Source: a virus (taxonomy: Duplodnaviria; Caudoviricetes). From it: 38,736 nucleotides of DNA. Position 1 is the first letter of the stretch. Each line of letters begins with the position of its first letter. The notes under the pieces are model-generated. The model did not search any database. It had not been told where the DNA came from and saw only the letters and a program-made list of their open reading frames with translations. The stretch covers positions 1 to 38,736 of the IMG/VR virus record IMGVR_UViG_3300037424_002394. The stretch is one strand, 5' to 3'. Of this stretch, positions 24,440 through 33,642 are shown piece by piece. A program made the position numbers and the translations under genes.

Positions 24440-26554
24440 TTAACTAAACAATTCACTTAACAATGGATTTGTATCTTCGTTTAACAAGTCCGCGCCGGTC
24501 TCTGCTTTAAGCGTATCGGTTGCAGAGTAGAGGCGTTTAAATACAATTGTTATTTTATTTTTCTTCGGTGTTTTTTTTATGATGCGGAACGCGGTGTCTT
24601 TTATATCGTTCCCGTGAATGTCTTGAATTTCATTTGTGCTTATAAAAACAATCTGCCCAACCTTAAGCGAGGAATCTTTTATCTCAACATCTTCGGTAAG
24701 TAAAGCTTGCGGGTCACGGTGTCGCTGGCGGCGTTTATCAAGCAATGAATTAACATAAGCGTCTATAGTGGCGGCAGCATCAAAAGCTAAGTTAAGCCAT
24801 ATACAGTATTGAAGATCATATCTTTCATCCCCGTATTCATTGGGTGATCTGGCGTCTGCATCATCAGAAATATTTATTCTATTGAAGCCGTCTTTTTCTT
24901 CAATCGCTTTATCCGGGTCAAAATTATTCCAATATAAAACGGCGTCCGTATATCTGCTGGCGTCGTTTTCATCCACGGATCCCGAGCCGTGTATAAAATT
25001 TGCGCGGTCGTTTAAGTACTCAAAAGATGCCGGTATTTCCGCGTGTGAAAGTATATCAACCTTGCCTTCTTCATTTTGGAAACACATACAATCAACAGCG
25101 TTCACAAGCTGAAAGAAAAGTTTATTTAGTTTTGTATCCTTGGTGTTTATCAACAGCCCAAAGTTTGGGCCGGACCATGCGGCTTCATAATCATCAAATT
25201 TAGTAGTGCGGTATGTTGAAGTAACACCGATGTTATCAAGCATGTCCATCATTATTGTGAAAGGATTATCTGCAGCATATAATAAATAAATGAATATATT
25301 CGTACCCTCATCATGCCTTGAAACCTCTGAATCATATTTCCCGCGAGTTAAACCTGTAAGTGTATTTGTTGATATTCCTGTGTATGAAATAATTTCTTTA
25401 TCCATTTTAATTGTTCCGGAAGAATTCATCTCGGAAGCGTCATCAACATCTATTGTTAAATCAGATGTATATAATATCCAATCTCCCAACGTTGTCGGAT
25501 CATCACTGCTTAATTGATAAATTCTTTGCGCATCTTGAGGTTCCAAAAAACCAACATTAAATGTTCCTAAGTCGGTAAATTCATCTGTGGGATCGTTCGC
25601 TATACCGATAATTCCTTTCTGATTTTCCGAGCGGCCAAAAATTCGATACTGTGTTGCCCCGGCAAAAAGATTCCATGCAATTCTTATTGAATTATATGAG
25701 ACTGTTAAAGTATGTACGTATGATTGTTTTCTCGCAAGTGCCCGTCCATTAGCGTCGTAAGCAATAATTGTATAATAATAATCCCCCGGAGTAAGTATTC
25801 CGCCAATATTATCTTCACTTTGAATTATTGCAAATGACATAGCCAACCAATCTCTTCTTTCACAAAAATCATTTTTGAAAGCGTTCAATTGTATCATCTC
25901 ATCATCAGTGTAGGCTTCAAACATCATCGGCATATTTTCTGCCAGACTGATATCTGTCTTAAGCGGGTATTCGGTTTCGCTTAACTTCTTCATCAAATCA
26001 ACAGCTTCAATAACTACATATCCTTTTTCTATTGTTATGTTTTCCAGCTTACCTATAAACCGCATCTGGAAATCAGCCGTATCAAGCCCCTCGTAACCTT
26101 CATAGTATCTGATAATTCTGTTTCTATAATTAGGATTACGCGCAAGAAATTTTTTCCAGAATGTTCCTTGTATTTTATTTCTTTGAGACCAATAAGGATC
26201 AACTCCAACATCATTATCGGGCTCGTCGTAAATTTCTATCTTTAACCGGCGGGTAACTGTATCGGCTTCTTTTATTTCTGTTGGAAGGTCATTAACATTT
26301 TTTATTGTTGGTTTCGCCGGAAAGTAATACGCGCGGGTTGAAGCCGGAATATCATGGTTGATGAATTTATATGTCTTAATAATCTTCGCAAAATTTGCCG
26401 GGTCTTTACATGTGAAAAAAGTATTGTAACATTTGATCGAATCCGCGGCGGTGCATGGTGAAACCCCGTAAACATTGTCGCAGAAATCCATATCGATTTC
26501 TACGTAATCAATTTTTCTCCGGAGTAATTTATTTTGTTCATCAACGAAACTCAT
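24440..26554 (-). CDS. Tail tip/hub protein
   Basis: 704 aa after the distal-tail gene; Cys-rich N-terminus 'CDNVYGVSPCTA..KCYNTFFTC'; C-terminal 'LKAETGADLLNED..LLSE'. Confidence 0.65.
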   Translation of the reverse strand: MSFVDEQNKLLRRKIDYVEIDMDFCDNVYGVSPCTAADSIKCYNTFFTCKDPANFAKIIKTYKFINHDIPASTRAYYFPAKPTIKNVNDLPTEIKEADTVTRRLKIEIYDEPDNDVGVDPYWSQRNKIQGTFWKKFLARNPNYRNRIIRYYEGYEGLDTADFQMRFIGKLENITIEKGYVVIEAVDLMKKLSETEYPLKTDISLAENMPMMFEAYTDDEMIQLNAFKNDFCERRDWLAMSFAIIQSEDNIGGILTPGDYYYTIIAYDANGRALARKQSYVHTLTVSYNSIRIAWNLFAGATQYRIFGRSENQKGIIGIANDPTDEFTDLGTFNVGFLEPQDAQRIYQLSSDDPTTLGDWILYTSDLTIDVDDASEMNSSGTIKMDKEIISYTGISTNTLTGLTRGKYDSEVSRHDEGTNIFIYLLYAADNPFTIMMDMLDNIGVTSTYRTTKFDDYEAAWSGPNFGLLINTKDTKLNKLFFQLVNAVDCMCFQNEEGKVDILSHAEIPASFEYLNDRANFIHGSGSVDENDASRYTDAVLYWNNFDPDKAIEEKDGFNRINISDDADARSPNEYGDERYDLQYCIWLNLAFDAAATIDAYVNSLLDKRRQRHRDPQALLTEDVEIKDSSLKVGQIVFISTNEIQDIHGNDIKDTAFRIIKKTPKKNKITIVFKRLYSATDTLKAETGADLLNEDTNPLLSELFS

Positions 26555-27312
26555 TCTTCGGATACTCCAATTAAGTCAATTGAAAATTCATCGTAATAAG
26601 TTTTTAAAGAGAAGGGATTACGGCGGACAAACGCCGGGTCAAACTGAAGGAAATAAATATCATCGGTATTTACATCCAGATCAACAGCGTAGAAAAAAGG
26701 CCTTAATAATTTTCCGTGAAGATTCCAGAACGGTTTGAAGTAAGTATCATACCACGCTCTGGTAATTAATGTAAACCTTTGCGATACACGTATTGGGTTA
26801 TAAGTAAGCAGCCCGCCTAAGAAGTCACCGGCGCGGCTGTATTCACCTTCTATCTGTATTGATTCCTGCACAGGGTCAACCGGTATAACCGGCGGCCATA
26901 AAAATTCAAGCCGCTCCGCTAAATACATTGTGCCTATGTAAGGTACCGCTCCGAGACTCGAGATCTCAATACGCCAATTTGTGTGCGATGAGGTATCGAA
27001 TATTTTTAAAATTGATTTGTCGTTTGCCGGTTCAAAAGTTAAAGCGGTCTGCCAGCCGCTGTTTTCGTATTGCACTTTAACCGTTGCGCCCGCAGTACCA
27101 AGGTTGTGGTTAAATATTCCGATAGTGTTTGCCGGAGCCGCGCCCGCAAGCTCTACAGCAATAGTAACCGTTTCCACACCGCCGCTTTTCCACAGCGGGT
27201 ATGAGCGCCAGTCAATTATATTAACCACGTCATAAGCGGCGTTGGAATTGGTTGAGGAAGCCGTAAGCGTTCCGTTCCTGAATAAATTATTATATAGTAT
27301 TATCGGGGTCAT
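26551..27312 (-). CDS. Distal tail-like protein
   Basis: Probable start ATG 27312 (MTPIILYNN; track start 27411); beta-rich; ATGA-coupled to the hub gene. Confidence 0.55.
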   Translation of the reverse strand: MTPIILYNNLFRNGTLTASSTNSNAAYDVVNIIDWRSYPLWKSGGVETVTIAVELAGAAPANTIGIFNHNLGTAGATVKVQYENSGWQTALTFEPANDKSILKIFDTSSHTNWRIEISSLGAVPYIGTMYLAERLEFLWPPVIPVDPVQESIQIEGEYSRAGDFLGGLLTYNPIRVSQRFTLITRAWYDTYFKPFWNLHGKLLRPFFYAVDLDVNTDDIYFLQFDPAFVRRNPFSLKTYYDEFSIDLIGVSEE

Positions 27313-27874
27313 TTCTATAAATGTTTTTTTCTTTAATTGATATTTGTTCAAGCCAATCTGAAACAACAAATGAGGGACATGCTTTAGCCGCGAAATTATT
27401 ATGCCCGGCAATCTTAATGTTTGGATGCCGTAATACGGTATATTCTACATAAGTTTTAAGAGTGTTTCTTTGTGCAAGTGTACGTGTATCTTTCGGATTC
27501 ATTTTTTTATCACACCCGCCGGCATAAACTATATGTCTGCTTACGCCGTTTAAACCCTGTACACCCCACGTCATTTCGTTGTAATCAACTTCATCGTTTT
27601 GATCGAAGGGAGTTAGATTAATTAACGTGCCGTCCAGCATAATAAGATCGCTGTAACCGACACGGGACCAGCCGCGTCCTCTTAAAGTCTTTACAGATAC
27701 GCCGCCGATTTCTTCATTCGGTAAATTATTTTTATAAATAATTTTCCCTTTATATCTCACCAACCCGCCGCCTCTATCTGAGGGGCCGAGATGCCATTGC
27801 CGGATTTCATCGGCAATTACATTTTTTCCTTCCGGGGTTGCGGTACAATGTATTATTAAATTTTCAAGCTGCAT
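27290..27874 (-). CDS. Endolysin, N-acetylmuramoyl-L-alanine amidase (Amidase_2/T7 lysozyme type)
   Basis: 'IIHCTAT', 'RGWSRVGY', 'HIVYAGG' and 'IAGHN..AAKACPSF' Zn-ligand motifs; GGAG RBS. Confidence 0.92.
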   Translation of the reverse strand: MQLENLIIHCTATPEGKNVIADEIRQWHLGPSDRGGGLVRYKGKIIYKNNLPNEEIGGVSVKTLRGRGWSRVGYSDLIMLDGTLINLTPFDQNDEVDYNEMTWGVQGLNGVSRHIVYAGGCDKKMNPKDTRTLAQRNTLKTYVEYTVLRHPNIKIAGHNNFAAKACPSFVVSDWLEQISIKEKNIYRNDPDNTI

Positions 27875-27885
27875 TTTTAGTTCTC

Positions 27886-27940
27886 CATTCCCCGCAAATA
27901 GAGCGGGATTATAACCCGCACGTTTTTAGCGGGAATCCAG
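27886..27940. repeat. REP-like palindrome copy 2, with a second hairpin nested in it
   Basis: CATTC[CCCGCAAATAGAGCGGGATTATAA]CCCGCACGTTTTTAGCGGGAATCCAG. Confidence 0.7.
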
Positions 27941-27957
27941 TTTGTTTTTGACGAGAA

Positions 27958-28086
27958 TCATTTTTTGTTTTCTTCCGCTTCATCAATAGCTTTGCCTATC
28001 TTACCCACAACGGTATGGTCTTTAACAAAGAGCCTAATTAATATCAGCGCAAACCTGACGCCGTTCCTTTTAAGCCATTCAAACAT
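27958..28086 (-). CDS. 42-aa amphipathic lysis-cassette peptide (not in ORF track)
   Basis: AAGGAG RBS 9 nt before ATG; MFEWLKRNGVRFALILIRLFVKDHTVVGKIGKAIDEAEENKK. Confidence 0.6.
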   Translation of the reverse strand: MFEWLKRNGVRFALILIRLFVKDHTVVGKIGKAIDEAEENKK

Positions 28087-28784
28087 TTTTCTATTCTCCT
28101 TTTATTTACAAGCTCATTCCAGCCGCCGTCTATAACTACTATTCTTCCGTTTGACATCACAAATCTTCCGTTATCATAAAGCATTGTAGTTTCTTCGCTC
28201 ACCGGCTTAAAGAGGTAGTAAGTTTGGGCTAAGAACAAAGCTACTTTAACAACTTGTTTAAACTTCGGCCCGAAATTTCCTAACTGATAATTATCTCCTA
28301 AGTTGGCAAGAGAAATTATTTGGTAATCTGTTAGTGATGTAATTTCTATAAGCACCAACTCGGATCCGTTAACTGCAGTTTTTAATTTTGTGAACAGTTC
28401 TAAAGCGAGCGCAAGCGCGTCAACTTTTTGCCCTTTATTAATTTCGTACTGTTCGTAACCGGCATACACTGCGTCTACAATCTCAGCTAATTGCTGCGGT
28501 TCATTTGTTAGATCAAGCCCTATCTCGCTTTCAAAAGTATACGCAGATGTTGAACAGCCCATAAACACAAGGGGCAGCAGCAGTATCAAAATTATATTCA
28601 CCCCGCTTTTCTTTACGCCTGCTCTTAAAGATCCAAGTCCAAACCCTCCAAGAACAATCATAATATCATCGCTTGTAATAAATTCAACAAGCGTGATGTC
28701 TCCAACTAACCATTTCACCAGCCCTATTAAAACCATTAGACCGGCAATTATGTAGGTTTTTTTACCGCTTAAAAATTGTTTCAT
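28044..28784 (-). CDS. Holin-like domain fused to an internal lipobox and soluble domain
   Basis: 'SGKKTYI' plus two hydrophobic segments ending 'LRAGV', then 'KK..IILILLLPLVFMG-C'. Confidence 0.65.
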   Translation of the reverse strand: MKQFLSGKKTYIIAGLMVLIGLVKWLVGDITLVEFITSDDIMIVLGGFGLGSLRAGVKKSGVNIILILLLPLVFMGCSTSAYTFESEIGLDLTNEPQQLAEIVDAVYAGYEQYEINKGQKVDALALALELFTKLKTAVNGSELVLIEITSLTDYQIISLANLGDNYQLGNFGPKFKQVVKVALFLAQTYYLFKPVSEETTMLYDNGRFVMSNGRIVVIDGGWNELVNKRRIEKCLNGLKGTASGLR

Positions 28785-29077
28785 TTTCCCCCCGAATTTT
28801 CATTAAGAAATTTTTTCATATCTTTTTCATTAAGAATTTTTTTTATGTCGCTTTTTATTTCTTGAATATCAGCTTGTAATCTTATCATATCGCGTTCTGT
28901 TAACTTGCCTTCAATCAATGGATAAGCTCGTTCGGCCAATCTCGTATCAACAATCTGAATAGCTGTTTCTTTATCAATTTTACTTTCAACAGCCAATACA
29001 ATAGTTGTAACATTCGCGCCGGTTAAAAACGCCAATGTTATAATCCACTTAAAATTTTGTCCGAAAAAATCTTTCAT
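28781..29077 (-). CDS. Membrane protein with coiled coil (holin/spanin-like)
   Basis: GAGGG RBS before ATG 29077; one hydrophobic segment; 'LQADIQEIKSDIKKIL'. Confidence 0.55.
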   Translation of the reverse strand: MKDFFGQNFKWIITLAFLTGANVTTIVLAVESKIDKETAIQIVDTRLAERAYPLIEGKLTERDMIRLQADIQEIKSDIKKILNEKDMKKFLNENSGGK

Positions 29078-29135
29078 AAAACCCTCATTATTTTTTTTCA
29101 ACATTAAACATCATCCATTACCCATCAACCATAAA

Positions 29136-31082
29136 TCACCCAAGCCCGTCCCCCTCTGCTTTTTTAAGATGCGGTATCAAGTCCCGCGCAAGCTGATCAG
29201 GATCCTGATAGTTGCTGTTAATTACTATTGTATAATTTTTAGTAACCGCGTTGTTATTGTTATTGGTAGTTTGTTGATTGTTGCTGATTGACGGCTGAGA
29301 TGATGACGCAGATAAACTGCCCGCGCGCGAGCCCGGCTGTGTACTGGCTATCTGCGCAATTTTAGCGAGAGAGAAAATGCCGGCAGCCGCCGCATAAGCT
29401 GCGCCGAGTATAGGCCCGCCGAGTGACGCCCCGGCTTTGTATGCACCGAGTACCGCGTTGTATGCGTTTATTGTTGCCTCCGCAATTGCAAAGGCTTTCC
29501 ACGCGTCAAACCAAACTCTGTTTTTTTCGCCGAGGGTTTGATACAAAGTACTCATTGCGTCAGCCATCATACCCGCGCCGTCAACAGCCATATCAATACG
29601 CGCCTGGTTAAGTTCTTCAGCCAATTCAAATTCGGCAATCATTAAGCCTTGTTTAAATAACCATGTCTCTTCCGCAGCGGTTTGTTCCGCTTCGTACTTC
29701 GCGAACATTTCGGCGTTCATATCCTCATCAATCGAGGATGCGTCTTCAACTCCCTTATTGGCGGCATCTGAAATTAACGCGGCTTGCTGTGCCTGAAGAT
29801 TCTGATTTATTAACGCTATGCTTCCGGGTATTCCGGCAAACTTTTGCTTAAGATCTTCGGCTTTCAAATTGATCTGTAAAAGTTTTGCATCGAAAGGATC
29901 GAGCCCGGCTAAAAGGATATCGTTCTTTAAAGTTGCGGCTGTTTCTTCCCATTGTTTATTCAGCGCTTCAGCTTCTTTTCTTATTTTTTCATGCTTAGCT
30001 CGTTCATCTTCAAGGGCTTGTTGGTCCAATTGAGCTTTGCGTAATTGCTCGAGGGTTTGCATGTAACCTTTTGTATCACCCCACAAAGCATTAAACGCCG
30101 CTCCTGCCGAAAGAGAAGTGTCTTTTATATTTTTAAAACCAAAAGCAATAACATCATCAACTTCGTCCCAATTGAGTGTTAATATTTTTGCCATAGCCGC
30201 GTAGTAAGTTCCAAGAGCTTGCCCGGCAACTATAGCTCCAACAGCAACCCCGCCAAATACCGTAGCTAATATTTTGATTGACATCCCTAAGCCTTGACTA
30301 ACTGTCATAACCGTACCGCCGTTTGCTGCGGCAGCAACAAAAGCGGATGATACAGCCAACAGAGTCGGCATCAACTCTTCAGCTATTTGTATTCCAACGC
30401 CGCTCATAGCGTAACCTAAGCGCGTAAAATTATCGTTAAATTCTTCAGCAGCTTTTGCGGTTCTTTCGCTTATCTCTAATCCCAAAGCCTTTGCTTCATC
30501 TTGAAGTTCACGGATACCTTTCGACCCGCCGTTTAACATTGGTATTAATTCGGCGCCGCTTCTTCCGAACAACTTCATCGCAAGCGCAGTTTTTACGCTG
30601 CCGTCTTCCATCATTTCAAAACGGTCGGCAACTTCGAGCATCACTTGATCGGCGGTTTTTATTTTCCCGGTGACGTCAACTGTAGTTATATCAAGTATCC
30701 TAAATGCATCCTTAGCTTCTCCGGCGCCTTGTGTAAAATCAAAAATATTTTTGCTTAATTTTCCAAGGCTTGTTTGTAAGCTCTCTAATGATACATCCGA
30801 TAAGTCGGCGGCATATTTTAACGTTGACAAACTCTCAACACTTATGCCTACTTTCTGGCTCATCATATACATTTCATCAGCCGTATTAATTGCGTTCTTA
30901 ATTAATGACACTAAGGCAGTTGCCGCCCCAGCGACCGATAAACTTACACCCAACATGCGTAAGTCTAAACTTCCAGTAAGCCCCCCGAGTTTTGCCATTG
31001 CGCTCTCAACACCATTAATAGCTTTAACAGCCCCGTTGTTTTTACCGTCTATTTCAACTTCAACTTTGTTTTTAGTTGCCAT
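29136..31082 (-). CDS. Tail tape measure protein
   Basis: 648 aa, Ala-rich and helical; 'ESLSTLKYAA' and 'AMKLFGRSGAELIPMLN'; follows the chaperone genes. Confidence 0.92.
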   Translation of the reverse strand: MATKNKVEVEIDGKNNGAVKAINGVESAMAKLGGLTGSLDLRMLGVSLSVAGAATALVSLIKNAINTADEMYMMSQKVGISVESLSTLKYAADLSDVSLESLQTSLGKLSKNIFDFTQGAGEAKDAFRILDITTVDVTGKIKTADQVMLEVADRFEMMEDGSVKTALAMKLFGRSGAELIPMLNGGSKGIRELQDEAKALGLEISERTAKAAEEFNDNFTRLGYAMSGVGIQIAEELMPTLLAVSSAFVAAAANGGTVMTVSQGLGMSIKILATVFGGVAVGAIVAGQALGTYYAAMAKILTLNWDEVDDVIAFGFKNIKDTSLSAGAAFNALWGDTKGYMQTLEQLRKAQLDQQALEDERAKHEKIRKEAEALNKQWEETAATLKNDILLAGLDPFDAKLLQINLKAEDLKQKFAGIPGSIALINQNLQAQQAALISDAANKGVEDASSIDEDMNAEMFAKYEAEQTAAEETWLFKQGLMIAEFELAEELNQARIDMAVDGAGMMADAMSTLYQTLGEKNRVWFDAWKAFAIAEATINAYNAVLGAYKAGASLGGPILGAAYAAAAGIFSLAKIAQIASTQPGSRAGSLSASSSQPSISNNQQTTNNNNNAVTKNYTIVINSNYQDPDQLARDLIPHLKKAEGDGLG

Positions 31083-31083
31083 T

Positions 31084-31386
31084 TTATTTGCGTCTTATTT
31101 TTTCCGTTTGGTAATTATTTAACGCGATCTTAAATTCAGAAAGTGTGTCCCATTCTTCCGGGCTTAAATCGTCCGGGTCAATCTTGTAACCGGTATCCTG
31201 TAGGTTGTGTAAGTGCATCATGTAATTGAACATCCATGTTGGTTCGTAATCTTTTCTGTCGCTCTGGTAATCCTGCCAAATTAAATCGGCGGCTTGTTTA
31301 TTGCCGCCTTGCTCTTTTAAAATTCTTTCGTACGTTACGCTTAAAGCAGCTCGGTCGTATTCTCTAAACTGATCTGCGAAGTCCTT
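31084..31386 (-). CDS. -1 frameshift extension of the tail assembly chaperone (gpGT-like, fusion about 246 aa)
   Basis: A9 run at 31393-31385. The -1 frame is open for 100 codons (KDFADQFREY...KIRRK*) and stops just before the TMP ATG at 31082. Confidence 0.85.
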   Translation of the reverse strand, partial: KDFADQFREYDRAALSVTYERILKEQGGNKQAADLIWQDYQSDRKDYEPTWMFNYMMHLHNLQDTGYKIDPDDLSPEEWDTLSEFKIALNNYQTEKIRRK

Positions 31387-31823
31387 TTTTTTTCCGTGCC
31401 CGGCAGATGCCTTACTTCGCTGAACACAAGGTTACAAAGAGCTCTTAATAATTCCGGGCGCTCTTCTTTTATTACCGCTCTCCAGCCCGGGTAATAATTC
31501 TCCGACTTGTCATCGGAGGACATTGTTTGTTCGCTTTCTTCATCGAGATAAAAATCGCCGTCCGCAATCCCGACTAAAACTTTATCGCCCCATTCTTCTT
31601 GCAGTTCGTTGTTATCATCAATAAATGTTTCGCGGTCTTTTGTTTCCTGATGTTTAAGAATTAGGTTCGCCATCGCGGAGTTGAATTTATTTTTTTCCTT
31701 TGTTGTGGCTCGGCGGTAAAACAGACCTACTTTTTCGCCGGAGATGTTATCAAAAAATTTTCCTTGGTATTCTTTTTGTCTAAGTACTAAAGCCATTGTC
31801 ACCTCGTTTAGTAGGGATTTCAT
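31341..31823 (-). CDS. Tail assembly chaperone (gpG-like)
   Basis: Between tube and TMP genes, with a slippery run near its 3' end. Confidence 0.8.
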   Translation of the reverse strand: MKSLLNEVTMALVLRQKEYQGKFFDNISGEKVGLFYRRATTKEKNKFNSAMANLILKHQETKDRETFIDDNNELQEEWGDKVLVGIADGDFYLDEESEQTMSSDDKSENYYPGWRAVIKEERPELLRALCNLVFSEVRHLPGTEKKRTSQISLENTTELL

Positions 31824-31846
31824 TAATGAAATCCCTACAAATTTAG

Positions 31847-31897
31847 AAGCGGACTACGCAGGGTGATGGTGGCGAAGCGTACCCGCGCAGCCCGCTT
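31847..31897 (-). terminator. GC-rich hairpin after the tail tube gene
   Basis: AAGCGG..GGGT / ACCC..CCGCTT imperfect stem, 8 nt downstream of the stop codon. Confidence 0.4.
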
Positions 31898-31905
31898 GTT
31901 ATAAA

Positions 31906-32850
31906 CTATTTGAATGTTATTATTATTTCGTTATCACCAGCCGCAAGAGTAGGGTTAAAGGTGAACGGTAGATTCCACATCATTATATTTTCACGATCGC
32001 CGTAAGCCGGTATCCCCAGCGTTGCGCCGGTCATTGCTATTTCAAAAATGTTGCCAGCCGTTAAGGTTGGTTTTGTCTCAAGATTAAATTGAGTAGAGCC
32101 GTCCCACAGCGTCCATGGATTAAGTGTTGCGAGAGGTTCTTTCTCAATCATTACGCTGCCGCTCGCGCTTCTGTTTGTTATAACATAACGAGCGACGCCG
32201 TTGTTATCTGAGTTTCCGTCATCGCGTTTAACAACATTGTTACCTATGTCAAGACTCATTTCAGTTACAACTAAATCTTCAACGGCATTTAAAATGAAAT
32301 TACCTTTCTGCCAGATTAGCGGCGCGATGGCTTCATGCGTAGGCGTTGGATAAGTAACTGTTGAAGCATGAGTGCCCGCATACAGCCCGGTGAATTCCCA
32401 ATCGATTGATACGATCTCACCGGCTTTAAGATTGAGTTTAAAAGTACCGACACAACCGACAAGCAAATGTTTAGTTCCGCCCGCGTGGAAATATAAAGTA
32501 ACCGAAGAGCCGTCCAGTACACTGTTGGGAGTGTATGATACGCTTACGCCCGCGCTCACAGCTTCGGTCATGTTGCAAGCTTTGAATAAACATCCGTAAC
32601 GAGAAGGCGTGCCCGCCTCGCCTGAGCCTTTAAGCTCGGTTGTGAATGTAGCTTTAAGAGCCTGACCAACATTAACTGGCGCGGATGAACCAAAATAATT
32701 CAAAGGTATTTCTCGCGCTTTTGCATCGCCGACAACTTCAAACGACGGCATACCTTTAGTAATAATAGCTTCGGTCGCCGCAGCCGGTGATGAGTCTACG
32801 CCGTACGAACCTTCAATCTTTGCGAGGATTAATCCTCTTACTCTTTCCAT
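31906..32850 (-). CDS. Tail tube (major tail) protein, Phage_tube_2-like
   Basis: 'ILAKIEGSYGVD', 'ELKGSG..GT', 'SVTLYF' and 'FTG' motifs; GGGGGG RBS. Confidence 0.88.
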   Translation of the reverse strand: MERVRGLILAKIEGSYGVDSSPAAATEAIITKGMPSFEVVGDAKAREIPLNYFGSSAPVNVGQALKATFTTELKGSGEAGTPSRYGCLFKACNMTEAVSAGVSVSYTPNSVLDGSSVTLYFHAGGTKHLLVGCVGTFKLNLKAGEIVSIDWEFTGLYAGTHASTVTYPTPTHEAIAPLIWQKGNFILNAVEDLVVTEMSLDIGNNVVKRDDGNSDNNGVARYVITNRSASGSVMIEKEPLATLNPWTLWDGSTQFNLETKPTLTAGNIFEIAMTGATLGIPAYGDRENIMMWNLPFTFNPTLAAGDNEIIITFK

Positions 32851-32860
32851 TTATTTTCCC

Positions 32861-32886
32861 CCCTACTTCGCTAAAGCTTCGTAGGG
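32861..32886. repeat. REP-like hairpin CCCTAC-TTCGCTAAAGCTTC-GTAGGG
   Basis: Imperfect palindrome abutting the tail tube RBS. Confidence 0.55.
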
Positions 32887-32911
32887 CTATGCCCTATTTA
32901 GCTTTTGGTTT

Positions 32912-33172
32912 TTATTTAATTCTAATTTCTTTTGCCGCCTTCTCACCAAATTCTTTTAAGTAATTTTCAACCTGTTGTTTAGCTGTGTCGTCACCGGCGA
33001 TCCATAGCTTTCTATCTTTACTTAAAGTAAAAGACCCCGCTAACGGCGGCGGTTTAATTGCTTCTATTTCTCGATCGGGGGCTGAGCTTGTCGAAGCCCC
33101 GGTTGCTTCGACAGGCTCAGCAACCTTAGATTCAGCAACTTTAGATTCAGCAACTTTATTCTTGTCATTCAT
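32912..33172 (-). CDS. Small hypothetical tail-region protein with in-frame repeats
   Basis: KVAES-KVAES-KVAEP from 15-bp tandem repeats, plus REP-encoded VAEPVEATGASTSSAP. Confidence 0.55.
   Translation of the reverse strand: MNDKNKVAESKVAESKVAEPVEATGASTSSAPDREIEAIKPPPLAGSFTLSKDRKLWIAGDDTAKQQVENYLKEFGEKAAKEIRIK
33078..33125. repeat. Inverted pair of REP-like elements (GCTGAGCYTGTCGAAGC), 48 bp, in frame
   Basis: GGGGCTGAGCTTGTCGAAGCCCC followed by GGTTGCTTCGACAGGCTCAGCAACC. Confidence 0.75.
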
Positions 33173-33631
33173 TTAATTACTCCATGCGTTTTTTCTAAAA
33201 TGGATCCCGATACTTATTCTCATATCGGAAACTTTTCTTCCTAACTGGTCAATCACGTTTCTTTCTGAGCTTATAAACGTTGTATGAAACGCCAACCCTC
33301 CCCAGGTAAGATCTGTGTTAATATTTTTTAAGATATCGGCTTTCATCTTGCGGATGTTTTCAACGTGATTTTTACCGTGACACATAATATCAACATGTAC
33401 AAGCATGTCTATGTCATGCAGAGTCTCGGAACTTTCCTGAACTTCTAATAAACTTTCTTCATCATCTTTAATATCAAGTGATGGTGAATCGGATGTTTTG
33501 TTATAAGCGCCTGTGTACCAATCCGTAACGTGTTTGTACGTGTAGTAATAATCCGCGCCGGCGGCAATTGCTTTAAAACGAGTTTTCATCGCTTCAATAA
33601 TTTCATGATCTTTTATGCTTGCCAGCGCCAT
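33173..33631 (-). CDS. Tail terminator/completion protein (gpU-like)
   Basis: Position before the tube gene; 'DLTWGGLA' motif and acidic beta-rich pattern. Confidence 0.65.
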   Translation of the reverse strand: MALASIKDHEIIEAMKTRFKAIAAGADYYYTYKHVTDWYTGAYNKTSDSPSLDIKDDEESLLEVQESSETLHDIDMLVHVDIMCHGKNHVENIRKMKADILKNINTDLTWGGLAFHTTFISSERNVIDQLGRKVSDMRISIGIHFRKNAWSN

Positions 33632-33642
33632 TTATTTTTCCA

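Noticed and set aside
29255-29290. TTG/TTA microsatellite as a contingency locus
   Set aside because: It is an imperfect in-frame Asn/Gln linker typical of tape measure C-termini.
33039-33052. Third copy of the cassette arm (GCTAACGGCGGCGG)
   Set aside because: Only 14 bp of low-complexity coding sequence (PPPLA) with no partner arm; chance is sufficient.
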